DNA of 63,750 nt, counting the filler, from Trypethelium eluteriae (Eukaryota), in assembly GCA_051942245.1 (NCBI GenBank). It is 5 parts of 5 records of this genome, joined end to end, with 100 filler letters (N's around TTAATTAATTAA, not from the genome) between each part and the next. Parts side by side here need not be neighbours in the genome. Positions count along the whole stretch, not along the records: positions 1 to 12,688 come from JAVECL010000760.1; 4 more parts are not named here. One strand, 5' to 3'. Positions 1 to 10,951 of the stretch are shown here, one piece after another (the stretch's first letter is position 1; each line of letters begins with the position of its first letter). Below the pieces are notes generated by a model. It worked only from the letters and a program-made list of their open reading frames with translations, made no database searches and was not told where the DNA came from. A program made the translations under genes and the position numbers.

Positions 1-1842
1 CAGGGTCTTATTTGTTGGGGTTCGAGAGTCGGTTACGTTGGAGACAATCGTTGGAGATTGGTCGGGATACGACTGGGTGACGTTGGAAATGCCAGATGCA
101 CTGATCGAGCTTGCATTCGTTGATGGAGATAAGATGGAGGGAGGTGATGTCTGAGTAGTGACGGCTTGACTGGTCGTTGGAGTGATTCCAATGGTATCTT
201 TGACAGTGGATGCTGAGGACTCCGCTGGGGGGTTGTCAGGATTGGCACAGGTTGGCACAGGATCTCGTTCGAACACAACGACCGACGGTGTATCGGTGAG
301 CGGTGGAGGCTGATCAACAGTGCTTGTGGATGGACCAGGTGCACCTTCCACCACTGAGGTAGTAGAAGTTGTTGGTTCGGCACTTATCTCAGAAGACCGT
401 GTCTCTGATGGTTGCATAACAGATTCCGTAGGAGAATCGCTCCGCTTCTCACCTACGTCAGTCACAGCCGCAGCTTGTTGCTCCTCCTGCCTTTTCATTT
501 CTTCCTCCTTTCGTTTGGAATCTTCAGCTTTGACGACGTCTTCTGATACCTCCTCGATTGCAAGATCTTCATCTCTAGCGGCCTCCTCCTGATGCCTGTA
601 TTCTTCCAGCATGGTCGTTCCGTGTACCCTTACAAGGCTTAGCGGACAGTAGAACTCGTTACCATAGTGCTCTAGAAACTCTATCCTGAGGTACCGAGCC
701 CAGATCAGAGGATTTTCGACAAGGAATGCTTGAACTTCGCGGCTATTCCGAGCCTCGAATGTGCCGAGCTCTCTCCACCGTTCCATCTTCACGGGATACC
801 TATCCGAGACAGAGAGTCGAAAAGTGCGGAACATTGAGCTGAAAAACTCGAAATTGGCGAGCACTACCGTATCAATGAGGATGTCATTGCAGAGCTCCAC
901 AATGATAAATTTGTTGTCGCTGTGGCACTCGTTGAGCATGTAGCTATCCTTGTTTTCCACCAGAACGGACGACGTGGACTTGGCTTTGGGGTTCGTCTTA
1001 AGTACCGTAGCGGCGCAATCAAAAGAAGCATAATTAAACCGCTCCTTGCATGTCTTCCCTGCATCTTTACTCCGAGATGTGGCGGCTAACGTAGCTTGCT
1101 CATTGCTAGAATCGGTTGCGGGGGAACTACGAGCTGGCTCGTCTGCATTTTTGGGCTTGCCGAAACCACCAAAATCAAGCTCTATCTCTTGGTCTTCGCC
1201 TATGGAGTCCAAAGCATTGTTGATGCCGGGTCTTCGACGAGCTTCATTGCCTCCAGTCGTTCCACTATGGCTTTGACCAACGTTGTCGGGAGATTGTCCT
1301 GACTTTTCCAAGTTCTGCTTTTTCCATTCTTCAAAGGAGAGAAAGTTGGCGTTGTCGAGTGGCGAGTCGCTATCAGCATCGAGATCCGTTGGCGCAACAC
1401 TCGATTGGGTAGGAGCGGAGGATTCAGTAACTATCGCGACGCTTGGAGCTTCCGATGTATGAGTTGACGGAGTTCCTCCAATATCTGCAGATAATGTATT
1501 GTCACGACGCTGTCGTTCGATCGCCTCGTCTTCGCCCTTGATGATATTTCTCTTGTCGGACTGCTCTCCGAGGGTTACAATCGAGGCTGGTGTCTGCCAG
1601 GGTTCCGCTGTAGCATTCAACGCGGATCGGCTTGCCCTAAGACATTGCTGTGGTAGAGTGTACGAGAGGTAATTCACCGTCCTGAATGGACAGGTCGACG
1701 ACGTAGGAATGGTGTTTATTGTCGAAGTAGGGTCAGCTACGAAGGTCGAGCCCTCTGTTTGACTGATGGTGGAACTGGTGGCCGGCACCGGCAGAGGTAG
1801 ATAGGCACTTAGAAGGAAACCATGAAGAAGGGTAATTCTCAT
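1..1842 (-). CDS. SLP1: SUN-domain (Sad1/UNC-like) ER membrane protein, Slp1-like; 3' end runs off the window
   Basis: Manual translation from ATG at 1842 gives a signal peptide MRITLLHGFLLSAYLPLPVPA, then NFLSFEEWKK and KERFNYASFDCAATVLKTNP...ENKDSYMLNEC...FIIVELCNDILIDTVVLANFEFFSSMFRTFRLSVSDRYP...ARYLRIEFLEHYGNEFYCPLSLVRVHGTTM, a mid-SUN domain signature. Missing from the ORF track because no stop lies in the window. Confidence 0.9.
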   Translation of the reverse strand, partial: MRITLLHGFLLSAYLPLPVPATSSTISQTEGSTFVADPTSTINTIPTSSTCPFRTVNYLSYTLPQQCLRASRSALNATAEPWQTPASIVTLGEQSDKRNIIKGEDEAIERQRRDNTLSADIGGTPSTHTSEAPSVAIVTESSAPTQSSVAPTDLDADSDSPLDNANFLSFEEWKKQNLEKSGQSPDNVGQSHSGTTGGNEARRRPGINNALDSIGEDQEIELDFGGFGKPKNADEPARSSPATDSSNEQATLAATSRSKDAGKTCKERFNYASFDCAATVLKTNPKAKSTSSVLVENKDSYMLNECHSDNKFIIVELCNDILIDTVVLANFEFFSSMFRTFRLSVSDRYPVKMERWRELGTFEARNSREVQAFLVENPLIWARYLRIEFLEHYGNEFYCPLSLVRVHGTTMLEEYRHQEEAARDEDLAIEEVSEDVVKAEDSKRKEEEMKRQEEQQAAAVTDVGEKRSDSPTESVMQPSETRSSEISAEPTTSTTSVVEGAPGPSTSTVDQPPPLTDTPSVVVFERDPVPTCANPDNPPAESSASTVKDTIGITPTTSQAVTTQTSPPSILSPSTNASSISASGISNVTQSYPDQSPTIVSNVTDSRTPTNKTL

Positions 1843-2873
1843 GGTCGCGTGCTCTGAAGAAGTAAGGATCCGCGCAGCTTCATTGCTTGCAAGTCTCAGT
1901 CGAGACAGTGCAGAAGCCACCAGGAAAAGTAAGGTCCGCAGGATGATTAGTGTTCTGGTGGCGAATCTGTGCGTGAAGATGCCACCTCAATGAATGTCTG
2001 ACACTTTTTGCGCTTCGCCGCTTTCTGCGCGCCCACACCCATCAACTTCTGCTCTATCACCAGTGAAGAAGTATGCTTCGAATCCAGAGCATCCTGAAGC
2101 AGCCACCCGGTTCACAGATTGTCATGAATGTTCTCATCAAGGAAGGTGCTCTGATGTCATTGGTATGCAGCCCACGCTTGACCAACAAGCCATAGCCAAG
2201 CGGGTATTACCATGACCCAACGTTCTATAGAAATGGGTTGGCTTCAGCTCGGCCCGGTTAAAATATCATATTCATTCTGAAGAAGACTGTCTTTTGAATA
2301 TAGCTTTACGTGGGGTTTCATTTCCTTTGGTTTGGCAATGCAGATGTGAGAATCCCAAATGTAACATACGATAAAGAGATAGTTTTCGATGGAACTTCCA
2401 AGTTACCCCAGCTACGAACATGCAGTCACTTGGAAAGGAAGACTTTGAGCAATGCTTTAAAATGGCGATTGGTCATACGTAAAGGGCAATTCAATTTTCT
2501 TGGGTATAGAACTCCCTTCCATGCTGTAGAATGCTAACAAAACTCCAAAGGTCAATGCTCGAAACAGCCTCTTGTTGATTTGGAGCTGGCCTCATCATTT
2601 TACGAACCATACTCAATGCACTGCCACATATCAATGACTTTTGCTCAATCCACACTACAACATTCACATGAAACGAGCATGAACCACTTTTGCCAGACGA
2701 TAGCTTATCATGCATCAGAGCTTACCCCATTACCCTACGATTCTTTCCCAATCCTCTCCTGATTTCCAACCAGGTCTCTACCCTTTAAAACCATTGGCCC
2801 TCAGTCTCCTAAACCGCTTTCTCTTTCCCCTTCCACTTCGGTGGCTTCGGGGGTGCCCCCAATCGGGCAGTTT

Positions 2874-2899
2874 CCTCCTCCTCCTCCTCCTCCTCCTCC
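2874..2899. repeat. (CCT)n trinucleotide microsatellite; poly-Glu on the minus strand in the post-TAG extension
   Basis: Tandem CCT run directly visible. Confidence 0.85.
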
Positions 2900-3015
2900 G
2901 CCGGCGGTGGCTCCTTCGCCGACTGCTCCATCAGAGGCGCAAATTCCACCTCCCATCTTGGCGGCTCCCACCCTAGGTCCCTTATGTGCCACTCCAGCAG
3001 CGCGATGCGCTCCCG

Positions 3016-5472
3016 CTACATCGCATCCACCTTGCGCCAGCTATCCCGATGTGTGTACAGCTGCTCAAATTCCGAGTCTCGCACGAGGTCGTCCCTTTCA
3101 AGCTTCTTGATCCGGTCTTCCAGCGCCTTCTTCTCTCGCAGGTGGCGCGCCGGTGTAGAATCGGGGTTCGGAATCAGGGCTACGAGGCCAGCGTTTTCCA
3201 GTTCAAGGCCTGTCACATGGTTCTCAAGCTCGGCGTTGAGTTCTTTAGTAGCGTTGCGCTGGAGTTGGAGCGTGTGATTCGCATCCGTGAAGGCCAGGTT
3301 GGCGTCTAATGTGGCGCTATATCTTGCGCTGGTGCGCCGGAGGGTCGTCTCGGTGCTTCCGAGGCGGGAGAGGAGCTCGTTGACGTTTGCTGAGGACTGC
3401 ATAATGTGCTTGCGCATCTCCTCGATTAGTTCGTCGGCGGTGAAGGCCCTCGTGAGATTGTAGAATGTGTTGGCAATAAAAGAACGCATTTCTCTGTTGT
3501 CGTGACTAAGCGCTTCCACGTTCTCTTCGGTCTCCTCGAGCGTGGATGACAGTGCCTTGGTCTTCTCTTTAAGATTGTCTCGCTCAACCTTGAGCTTCGT
3601 GTTATCATTATAAGCACGTTTGTAGTCGGTTTCGAGCTCAAGTAATTGTGCACCGAGTGCTTTTAATACGGCTCGGTCCGACTCAGTAGCAGTTTTTACA
3701 TTGTCCTTCGAGATCTCACGCTGGAGCTCAAGCTCTGCAGTTCGGCGTTGGAGCTCTGCCTCCTTCAACTGGTAGAGTTCGGAGAGTGCGGTGCGCAAAC
3801 AATGAAGACAGTTGCACTTGTTTGGCTGAAGACAATCACGGAATTGAGTACCTTTAAACTCATTTGCAAGCTGAGTTCTCATAGCATCATTCTCGGCGAG
3901 CTGCCTCTGGCATTGCGACACCAGCTCTCTGTTTCTTTCCTCAAGCTCAACCTTTTCACTCTTCAGCTGCTCATTTGCTCCCTGGACATGCTCAAGGTGG
4001 GACTTCTGAACTTCAAGATCATGCTTCTCCTTCTTCAGTGCGTTATTCTCCTTCTCGATCTTGTGGTTCTTCTTATTCGCCCTTTCAAACCGCTTGTTCA
4101 GGACGGAAGTTATTTCACTCAATCTCTTTTCGGCCGCTTCTTTTTGCGCGAGGAGCTGTTCCTCCATTTCGCGCTCCAATGTCTCCTCACGGTTGTTCAC
4201 GAGATCCTCGTGATACTTAGTGGTGACGCCATATTCACCAATGTAGGGCCCACTGATCTCAAAGGAGTCGAGCTTCGCCTTGAGACGATCAATCTCTTCG
4301 TCTCTTGCTCGAGCAACTGCCTTCAGCTCCTGAATCTCTTTAACAGACTCGGGTCCGAGTCTGACCGGAGAATCGGATGACGACACGGGTGCTGAATCTG
4401 TCGGCGAATCAGATGATGTCCCAGAACTATAGCCGGAGTCAATCCACGAGGCTACACGTGAGCGTCGCGGAAGGTTAACAGTCGGTTTAGTGGCAAACAG
4501 AGCCATGGTCGATTCAAGCATACCGGGAAGGGGGTCTGTATGCATTTCATTGGGGGACAGGGGCGCCAACATACCGGACCACCCGATGTGGGGGTCCGTA
4601 TGAGCTACCGAGGATTGGGCAAGCCTTTGCTTCTCCCTATTGAGCGCTGCGAGGATGTTGAAATCACTTTGGACTGGTGTTTCGGACCTTGCTGCCGCCT
4701 CGATCGGAACTTGGGATGCCAAGGAGAACTCTTGCAAAGCCGCCCCTGGCATGGAGTAGAGAGCCGGGCTCTTGCTTCGCAACATTGCGATGAGCCCGTC
4801 AGTAACATGCTCGACGGCCTGAACAGGCTTTGCAACGACGCTGTCAGCAAAGTTTCTGCTATGGACTGGAGCAGAGTTGCAGGACACCCCAAAAAGATTC
4901 GACATAGAATTTGGGTTGGACTCTATGGCCTCCGTAGTTCCTTGCTCGGGTTTCGTGGGGGCCACGCTGGTGACGCTGGGCGCTATGGAATCGTTTTGTT
5001 GCGTGGGAGCAATAGTCTTTGCCCACTTGCATGCGTCCTGACCAGGTTGGCTGACGCGATGGACGAAGTCCCAAGCCGATTCTCCAGTCAATGCCTCGCG
5101 CTTGTAGTGGAAGGCATGTTCTTTCAAATTCATTGCGTCGTTCATGGCTGCCTCTAAGGTGTTGATACGACGAGCTACTTTTGCGCCTTCGAACGATTGG
5201 TCGAGATACGTATTACCAAAACGGTCTGAACAGACCACAACATAGAATTCTGGATTTGTCGCACTTCTGAAGACATCTTGGGCTGAGGCTGAATAGCTTT
5301 CCTTGCCAATGACGTAGGCCGTAGGGTACGGTGACGACCTAACTTGGAACAAGCTATCATCGATAGCTTGAGAGGAAGGGAGAATATTCGTTGATGGGAG
5401 GAGGACCATGTCGTCGGCAGAATAGATCCTCGAATTTCCCATGTTGCAATCCATATTGGATGGACAACTCAT
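3016..5472 (-). CDS. Uncharacterised long coiled-coil protein; true start and stop uncertain (see findings)
   Basis: Open frame of over 800 codons with a Ser/Pro-rich middle and a long heptad-rich E/K/L/Q C-terminal half. First in-frame ATG is at 5472. The frame continues for 68 codons beyond the TAG at 3016-3018. Confidence 0.75.
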   Translation of the reverse strand: MSCPSNMDCNMGNSRIYSADDMVLLPSTNILPSSQAIDDSLFQVRSSPYPTAYVIGKESYSASAQDVFRSATNPEFYVVVCSDRFGNTYLDQSFEGAKVARRINTLEAAMNDAMNLKEHAFHYKREALTGESAWDFVHRVSQPGQDACKWAKTIAPTQQNDSIAPSVTSVAPTKPEQGTTEAIESNPNSMSNLFGVSCNSAPVHSRNFADSVVAKPVQAVEHVTDGLIAMLRSKSPALYSMPGAALQEFSLASQVPIEAAARSETPVQSDFNILAALNREKQRLAQSSVAHTDPHIGWSGMLAPLSPNEMHTDPLPGMLESTMALFATKPTVNLPRRSRVASWIDSGYSSGTSSDSPTDSAPVSSSDSPVRLGPESVKEIQELKAVARARDEEIDRLKAKLDSFEISGPYIGEYGVTTKYHEDLVNNREETLEREMEEQLLAQKEAAEKRLSEITSVLNKRFERANKKNHKIEKENNALKKEKHDLEVQKSHLEHVQGANEQLKSEKVELEERNRELVSQCQRQLAENDAMRTQLANEFKGTQFRDCLQPNKCNCLHCLRTALSELYQLKEAELQRRTAELELQREISKDNVKTATESDRAVLKALGAQLLELETDYKRAYNDNTKLKVERDNLKEKTKALSSTLEETEENVEALSHDNREMRSFIANTFYNLTRAFTADELIEEMRKHIMQSSANVNELLSRLGSTETTLRRTSARYSATLDANLAFTDANHTLQLQRNATKELNAELENHVTGLELENAGLVALIPNPDSTPARHLREKKALEDRIKKLERDDLVRDSEFEQLYTHRDSWRKVDAM

Positions 5473-7165
5473 CTGAACCAGTGACAACGGCCTCGATGTA
5501 TATACCACAAAGGTAAGCAGGGAGTGACTCCTGAGTATCAGAGAGTACAAGCTCGGTCGAGAATGGAAGTTCTTTCAAAGGGGCTCCTGAATCCAAAGGG
5601 AAAATGCTAGTGTAAGCTCAAATGTCCTGTGTAGTTGAAGGAGCTCAAGCAGAGTCAAGGCTCCACGTACTCACATACCTAACAGCTCTGCCGAGTACTT
5701 GGACATATGAGTGTGGTCAGAAGAACTATTATGCCACTACTCAGCCTCGAACGTGAGACAGAAACATCATTGTTGGGAGGGGGTGCGGGCTCTGGGTGTG
5801 AATTGCGGTAAAGCCTGGGCAAAGGCCACTCACAACTACCTAGAGATGGTCCCGAGCGCCAAAGGAGAAAAAATGATTAGGAGAAGATGCCGTTTGCTGT
5901 CGTGAGATGATTCTCTGTTGTGAATCCTCACCAAGCCTTGTTCTTACCGTGGTGATGCAACCTCTCCAAAATGCCTCCTGATTCGTTCTCGTGAGGCATA
6001 TCTGGAACTCACGCTGTCTGTGCTTTGTGAACTGTGGTGACTGCAGGAAAAAGTTTGATGCAGTTGGTGGTCTTAGAGTTGTGGTAGAAGTTCTCGTGAA
6101 GTGTAGAGATATGCACACAGGATGCCCCTGAAAGATCACCTGGGAGAGCATGATATCAAGGCTGCACTCGGATCGCGCCGACGATTGTACTCAAGAGCCT
6201 AATCGAGCGAAAAGTTGTATATTTTCATATAGTTGACTGTTGTGCAGTTATCGATGGGGGATCAAGGGACCAGTGTCGGGATAGGTTTGACATGAAGGCT
6301 GGAATAGAGAATGCACCCCTACCTGGGAAGAGCTAGCCGGGCCATCTTCAGGCTGATCAACAATGAGAGCTTGAGTCTTAGCGTGGTTCATTCGATGATT
6401 CCCCTGGGTAGGCCAAACCTGAACGCAAGGTGATTGTCAAATCTTTGATATCCAAACCAAGCCATGCAGGACAATAACCAGATCAAACAAACGCACGACT
6501 GTTAGAGACCTGCGCTAGCAAGAAGACAACAGAAAAGAAATCCATCTGTGTAATAAAAGGAGATTGATCGCTTATATAGCACAGCCTCTTTTTAGTGGTA
6601 TCATGAAGGATTCTTGCGCGATGTAGAGAATTGGGGCAAACTAACCGACGATCGATTGGAAGAATCTTCGACCGTATTATTGTGACTGCATGTAGATGAA
6701 AGAGTACACAAGGTACGCGTGCAGTTGGGGGCTGTTTTGCCGAATGTGTTCGGTAATTTGGGAAAATATCGCAAACGTTCGAATTAAAAAGGAAAGAACG
6801 GGAAGTGAACAATATACGCTGTGTTTGGAAAACCACAATCAGTTTAAGAAATCCCCATGGACCGGCTATGTAGGTAGGTATGGAAGAAAGATCAACCTCC
6901 TCAGAAGCTAATACGATGCTCCCTGACCTCAGCCGTTTCAATGCCGCAGCAGCGGGCTGATTTGCTCTATCCAACGAAAAAAGCTCGAAAGATCGGTGCC
7001 TATTTGTCATTCATTGATTCATTAATTCATGCAAACTACAATACCTGATCTCGCTGTTCCCTTGCGCCTGCGGTCCATTCCGTTCCCTACCCACCTGGGA
7101 CAATGCGTATCCGAATATTTCAAGTTTGCGCCATGTGCACTTCACAATATCGGCAGTTCCACCCT

Positions 7166-8061
7166 TCATGCTTCACCAAACAATCGGGCCGTAATGTCGC
7201 CCATATACGCCTCCTCAAGCTCATAGTCCTCACCGTCCATTTTGTCGATGCCAACATATTCGAAGGCAGAGACAACAGTAGGTACATCGAAGCCCATAGC
7301 AACGAAGCGGTCGATGAGTTCTTTGTTGTAGCCGTGATACCTGTACCAGATGTGTCAGTCATGTCACGTGCTTGTCCATGCCACTACGCCAGACTCATCC
7401 GCCGCAGAATTATAGAAGCAAGAGGGAAAAGACATACGCTGCCATTTTCGCTTTTTCCTCCTTTTCCTTGTTCAATTGGGCCTTCTTCTTTAACGACTCA
7501 GCATTTGAGCCGCCACTCCCTTCCGCAATCTCCTTCCGCGGAGCCCCTGCGTACTTGATTGCCCACTCCCGAGCAACGTGCTCAAATTCTTTTGGATTTC
7601 TAATCAACATGCCGGCTACTTCTGCGTCTTGCGGATCTTTTGGCTCGGGCGTGCTTAGGAGTGACTGTAGAGAGATCAGGGCGGATTTGATCGTCAGGAC
7701 CGGCGACCAGGCGTTGGCGAGTGTATCAAGACAAATTGCGCCCTGTAGACTTCAGCATCACTCCTGAGTCCTCTTGTGAAGTTGAGGATAGCCGCAGTAC
7801 CGTTTGACTGCTGACGTTCGGATGCCACATCCTCGTCTCAAATTTCATGACTGGCGGCCGAAACGGGTATTCGCTCGGCAATCTGATGTCCACAAAAAAG
7901 CGGCCACCCTCATACGCAGTGTCTGGAGGCCCTTCAAATTGACCTCTCAGGTGCGTCAGGTCCTCCCCATTACCGTATGGCTCGACGATGATCTTCGACA
8001 GCGGGTCGTTCTGGATATCTGCAATCTCTTTTGCGATACGTCGCGTACGATTCGAAGACAT
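7166..8061 (-). CDS. UBC1: Ubiquitin-conjugating enzyme E2 with C-terminal UBA domain (Ubc1/E2-25K type); 3 exons
   Basis: [32 protein letters not shown] catalytic Cys motif after splicing intron 7743-7800. Intron 7341-7437 is followed by the UBA-like [19 protein letters not shown]...ITARLFGEA*. Confidence 0.95.
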
Positions 8062-9293
8062 TCTGACGGCGTAACGTACAAAGCAGCGTTCGCTGTATGT
8101 ATCTCAAATAGTGAGGTCAAGCTTGTATGTACAGTAGGATAGAAGAAGCTCGAGGCTGCCTTTGGTGTGGCGCTTTGTGCTCCCAAACTACCTCATGCGG
8201 AGGTGAGTCAGGCTGTGAGCCTTGACGGTGAAGGCGGTACTGGGCAGGGTTGTGATCGACTAAGATTTGAGCAACAAGAATATGTAGGCAGCCTTCACCA
8301 AGCTTCCCCAGAGAGATTGCGGGGATGAGGAGGAGCTTGGAGAGAGAATGCCTGAAATCAGCCTCAGGCAGGTACCTAGGTATGCACTGCAATGTTTCTA
8401 GAAGTCACGACGTTGTTGCAGAGGTGAATGGGACGGATAGGAGAATGATCATTCGCAAATTCTTAGGGCCAACATACAATGTCAGGCTACGGAGGTAAAG
8501 AGACCTTCAGTAACTTTGAAAACGTGTCTTAAGTTCTGTGGGAGCAGGAAGTGAAGCTCCCGTGCTCCCAAAGCCTGGTCGCTCGGAGAGTTCGCCGAGT
8601 CGACCGTACCGCCGCCCCACAACACACGTCACAAGCATCTGCTGACTCAAGGCCCGCAAAAGCCAAAGCCAGCATGTCGATATCGATAAGAGGCCATGAT
8701 TAGAGGAAGTCTTGAGGTGTCTTAAGGTCGGAGGGACAGTTTCACGATAGGTAAGGTAGGTAATCAAAAGTGCAGTGACTGCAGAAGACTGGTCTCTTTT
8801 AGAGCTAGACAACACACTGTGCGATCCAGTACTGGAGCAGTGATCCATTTCATTTCTCATTAACATATCCAAATTTTTGCTCTCCAAGGCCCTGTCGCAC
8901 TTGCCAGGTATAAGAGGAGCCATCCTGCAACTTTCATTGGAATTGTAGCACTGGATACAAAAAGAAGGGAACCACCACGCATCGCACAAGAGCCTCCCCC
9001 CAACTTCTAAATAGAAATAAACTTGCTGAATCGAAACCGCTGGGAGTTCGGCATGAAAATCAAAGACAATCAGCCTGCAACAAGAGGGCGTTCAACAAAG
9101 AAGTGCGCAGAAGCCGAGGATAGACTCTCCTCCTGACGTGATTTTGAGGCGTTATGCCCCAAATAGAAAGACTATGGGTGGGGAATCCCGTAAGTAATAA
9201 TCAAAATATGTGCAAAGAAGGTCAAGAAGAGCATTCAGACAGCAAGGACAACTGGGTAAGCGCTTAAAAGGAACAAGCGCTCACCCGCTAATG

Positions 9294-10951
9294 TCAGAAG
9301 CCTTCTTCACCCGCTTTGCAGAGTTTTATTTCCCGACCCCATTCCGAGTCGAGGACTTGACGTGACGAAAGACGGCGTTTAGGGTTTGGATCGAGAATGG
9401 AGTAGATGACGTTCCGGCATCGCGCCTAGCATTGGTTCGTCAGTACGCTAAAGTGGAAGATCAAAATCTTTGAAAACTCACCCTATGCAATTGCTCGATC
9501 GGTCCATACCCATCCTCGCCTCTGCGCCCTTCAATATACCTGTCATAGAACTCATCCTCCTCCGGCTTCGCAACCCGCCAGAGATGGCGCCCCGTGCGCA
9601 TGGCCATGTAAATGACGCCACAAGCCCAGATGTCGACGGCACGAGGGTCGAATTCCCGGTCTGTATACTCTTCAGGTGCGATATAGGGCGCTGAACCGCA
9701 CAGCCCGGCCGTCATGTGGGCTTCCGTCTCCCACGCCATCCGGAAGCACTCGCCATTCCCGAAATCGGTGATCTTCAGCGCACCGCGGGTTGTTAGAAGT
9801 AGATTCTCGGGCTTCAAGTCTCGGTGTGAAACGCCCATGCCGTGCATGTAGTCGACGCCGCGCATCAATTGTTTGAAGTAGCAGTCCGCCTCCGCGACTT
9901 CCAGCTTACCGGCCGCGAGAACGAGTGTATACAGATCGCCCCCTGCTACAAACTCCATGACTTCGCAGTAGTCGCCTTTGGCGTCCTTGAGCAGGTCGAG
10001 AGTGTGGATGATGTTCGGGTGACGAAGGGAAGAGCTTATGCAGAATTCCGAGTTGAGACGTTTGCTGTACTTTTTCTCGCTCTCTTGAGGACGACGCCGG
10101 AATTCCTTTACGGCATAGAGTTGCTCCAGTCTAGAGTCTTTGGGGTCGGATTTGTGCGCTTTTCGGACTATCCCGAAGGCGCCACGACCGATGATTTCGT
10201 GGCACTTGCCATATTTCTCTACCAAAGATGGTGTTCCGTTTGGTCCGACTTTATCGTTGGTGTTCACTTTCTTCTCGTTCTTCAACTGTTCTACCCAGCC
10301 GGACATAAGCGATAATTGCTGTTCGTCGTGGTGAGCATCTCTTTTCTTGCCGCCTAGCCAGTCGCGGACCATGTCAGAGAGCTTCTCCTGTCGTTTTGTG
10401 TTTTTGAGGAAATGGTGGTGTTCACCATCGTCATCGACCCAGAATCGCTTTGGTGACACAGGCTCTTCGCGTCCGTTCTTCGTGTTCGAACGTCTCAAGG
10501 TGGAGCCATCAATAGCCTGAGATTTGGTGCTCGTTGGTTGGGAAGGCTCCCGAGACGGCTTGGGCCTGACTTCAAACGTCTTGCCATTCACGCTGACGTT
10601 CTCATCGACGGCATTCTGGGCAAATGATTCAGGTGTCCCGGTGCTCTCTCGTGACGTATCGCTTGTGTCCTTGCCCTTATGCGAGAACATACGAGACATT
10701 CGGGCAAATGTAGACCGCTTGCTTGTGAGTCCGGGCCTTTGAGTGGAATCCCCATTTGTCCCGTTGATGCCCTTTTCTCCCATTGCTTTACCATCGACGT
10801 TCATGCTCGGTGGAGGAAGTTGGAGCTTGCCGTCTTGCGACTTGAGAGAGGCATCTGAAATCGAAGGCGAGCGAGGAGTCGATGCTTGGCTGGCGGTACT
10901 CGGTGGGTTACTTGAGTGTGCTTGTTGGCGTGGTTGTGCAACGGTCGCCAT
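9294..10951 (-). CDS. Ser/Thr protein kinase, HAL4/SAT4 (NPR/HAL) family; 2 exons
   Basis: IGRGAFG, YAVKEFRRRPQESEKKYSKRLNSEFCISSSLRHPN, HRDLKPEN, DFG, GLCGSAPYIAPEE. Intron 9426-9481 is followed by ARCRNVIYSILDPNPKRRL...LCKAGEEGF*. Confidence 0.93.

Noticed and set aside
2841..3110. Poly-Pro ORF on the + strand (and poly-Gly ORF 2801-2992 on the - strand)
   Set aside because: Alternative readings of the CCT/GAG repeat; the frame continuous with the coiled-coil ORF is more plausible.
3748..5157. Long + strand ORFs (3748-4380, 4540-5157) and similar antisense ORFs elsewhere
   Set aside because: Antisense shadows of real genes caused by codon bias.
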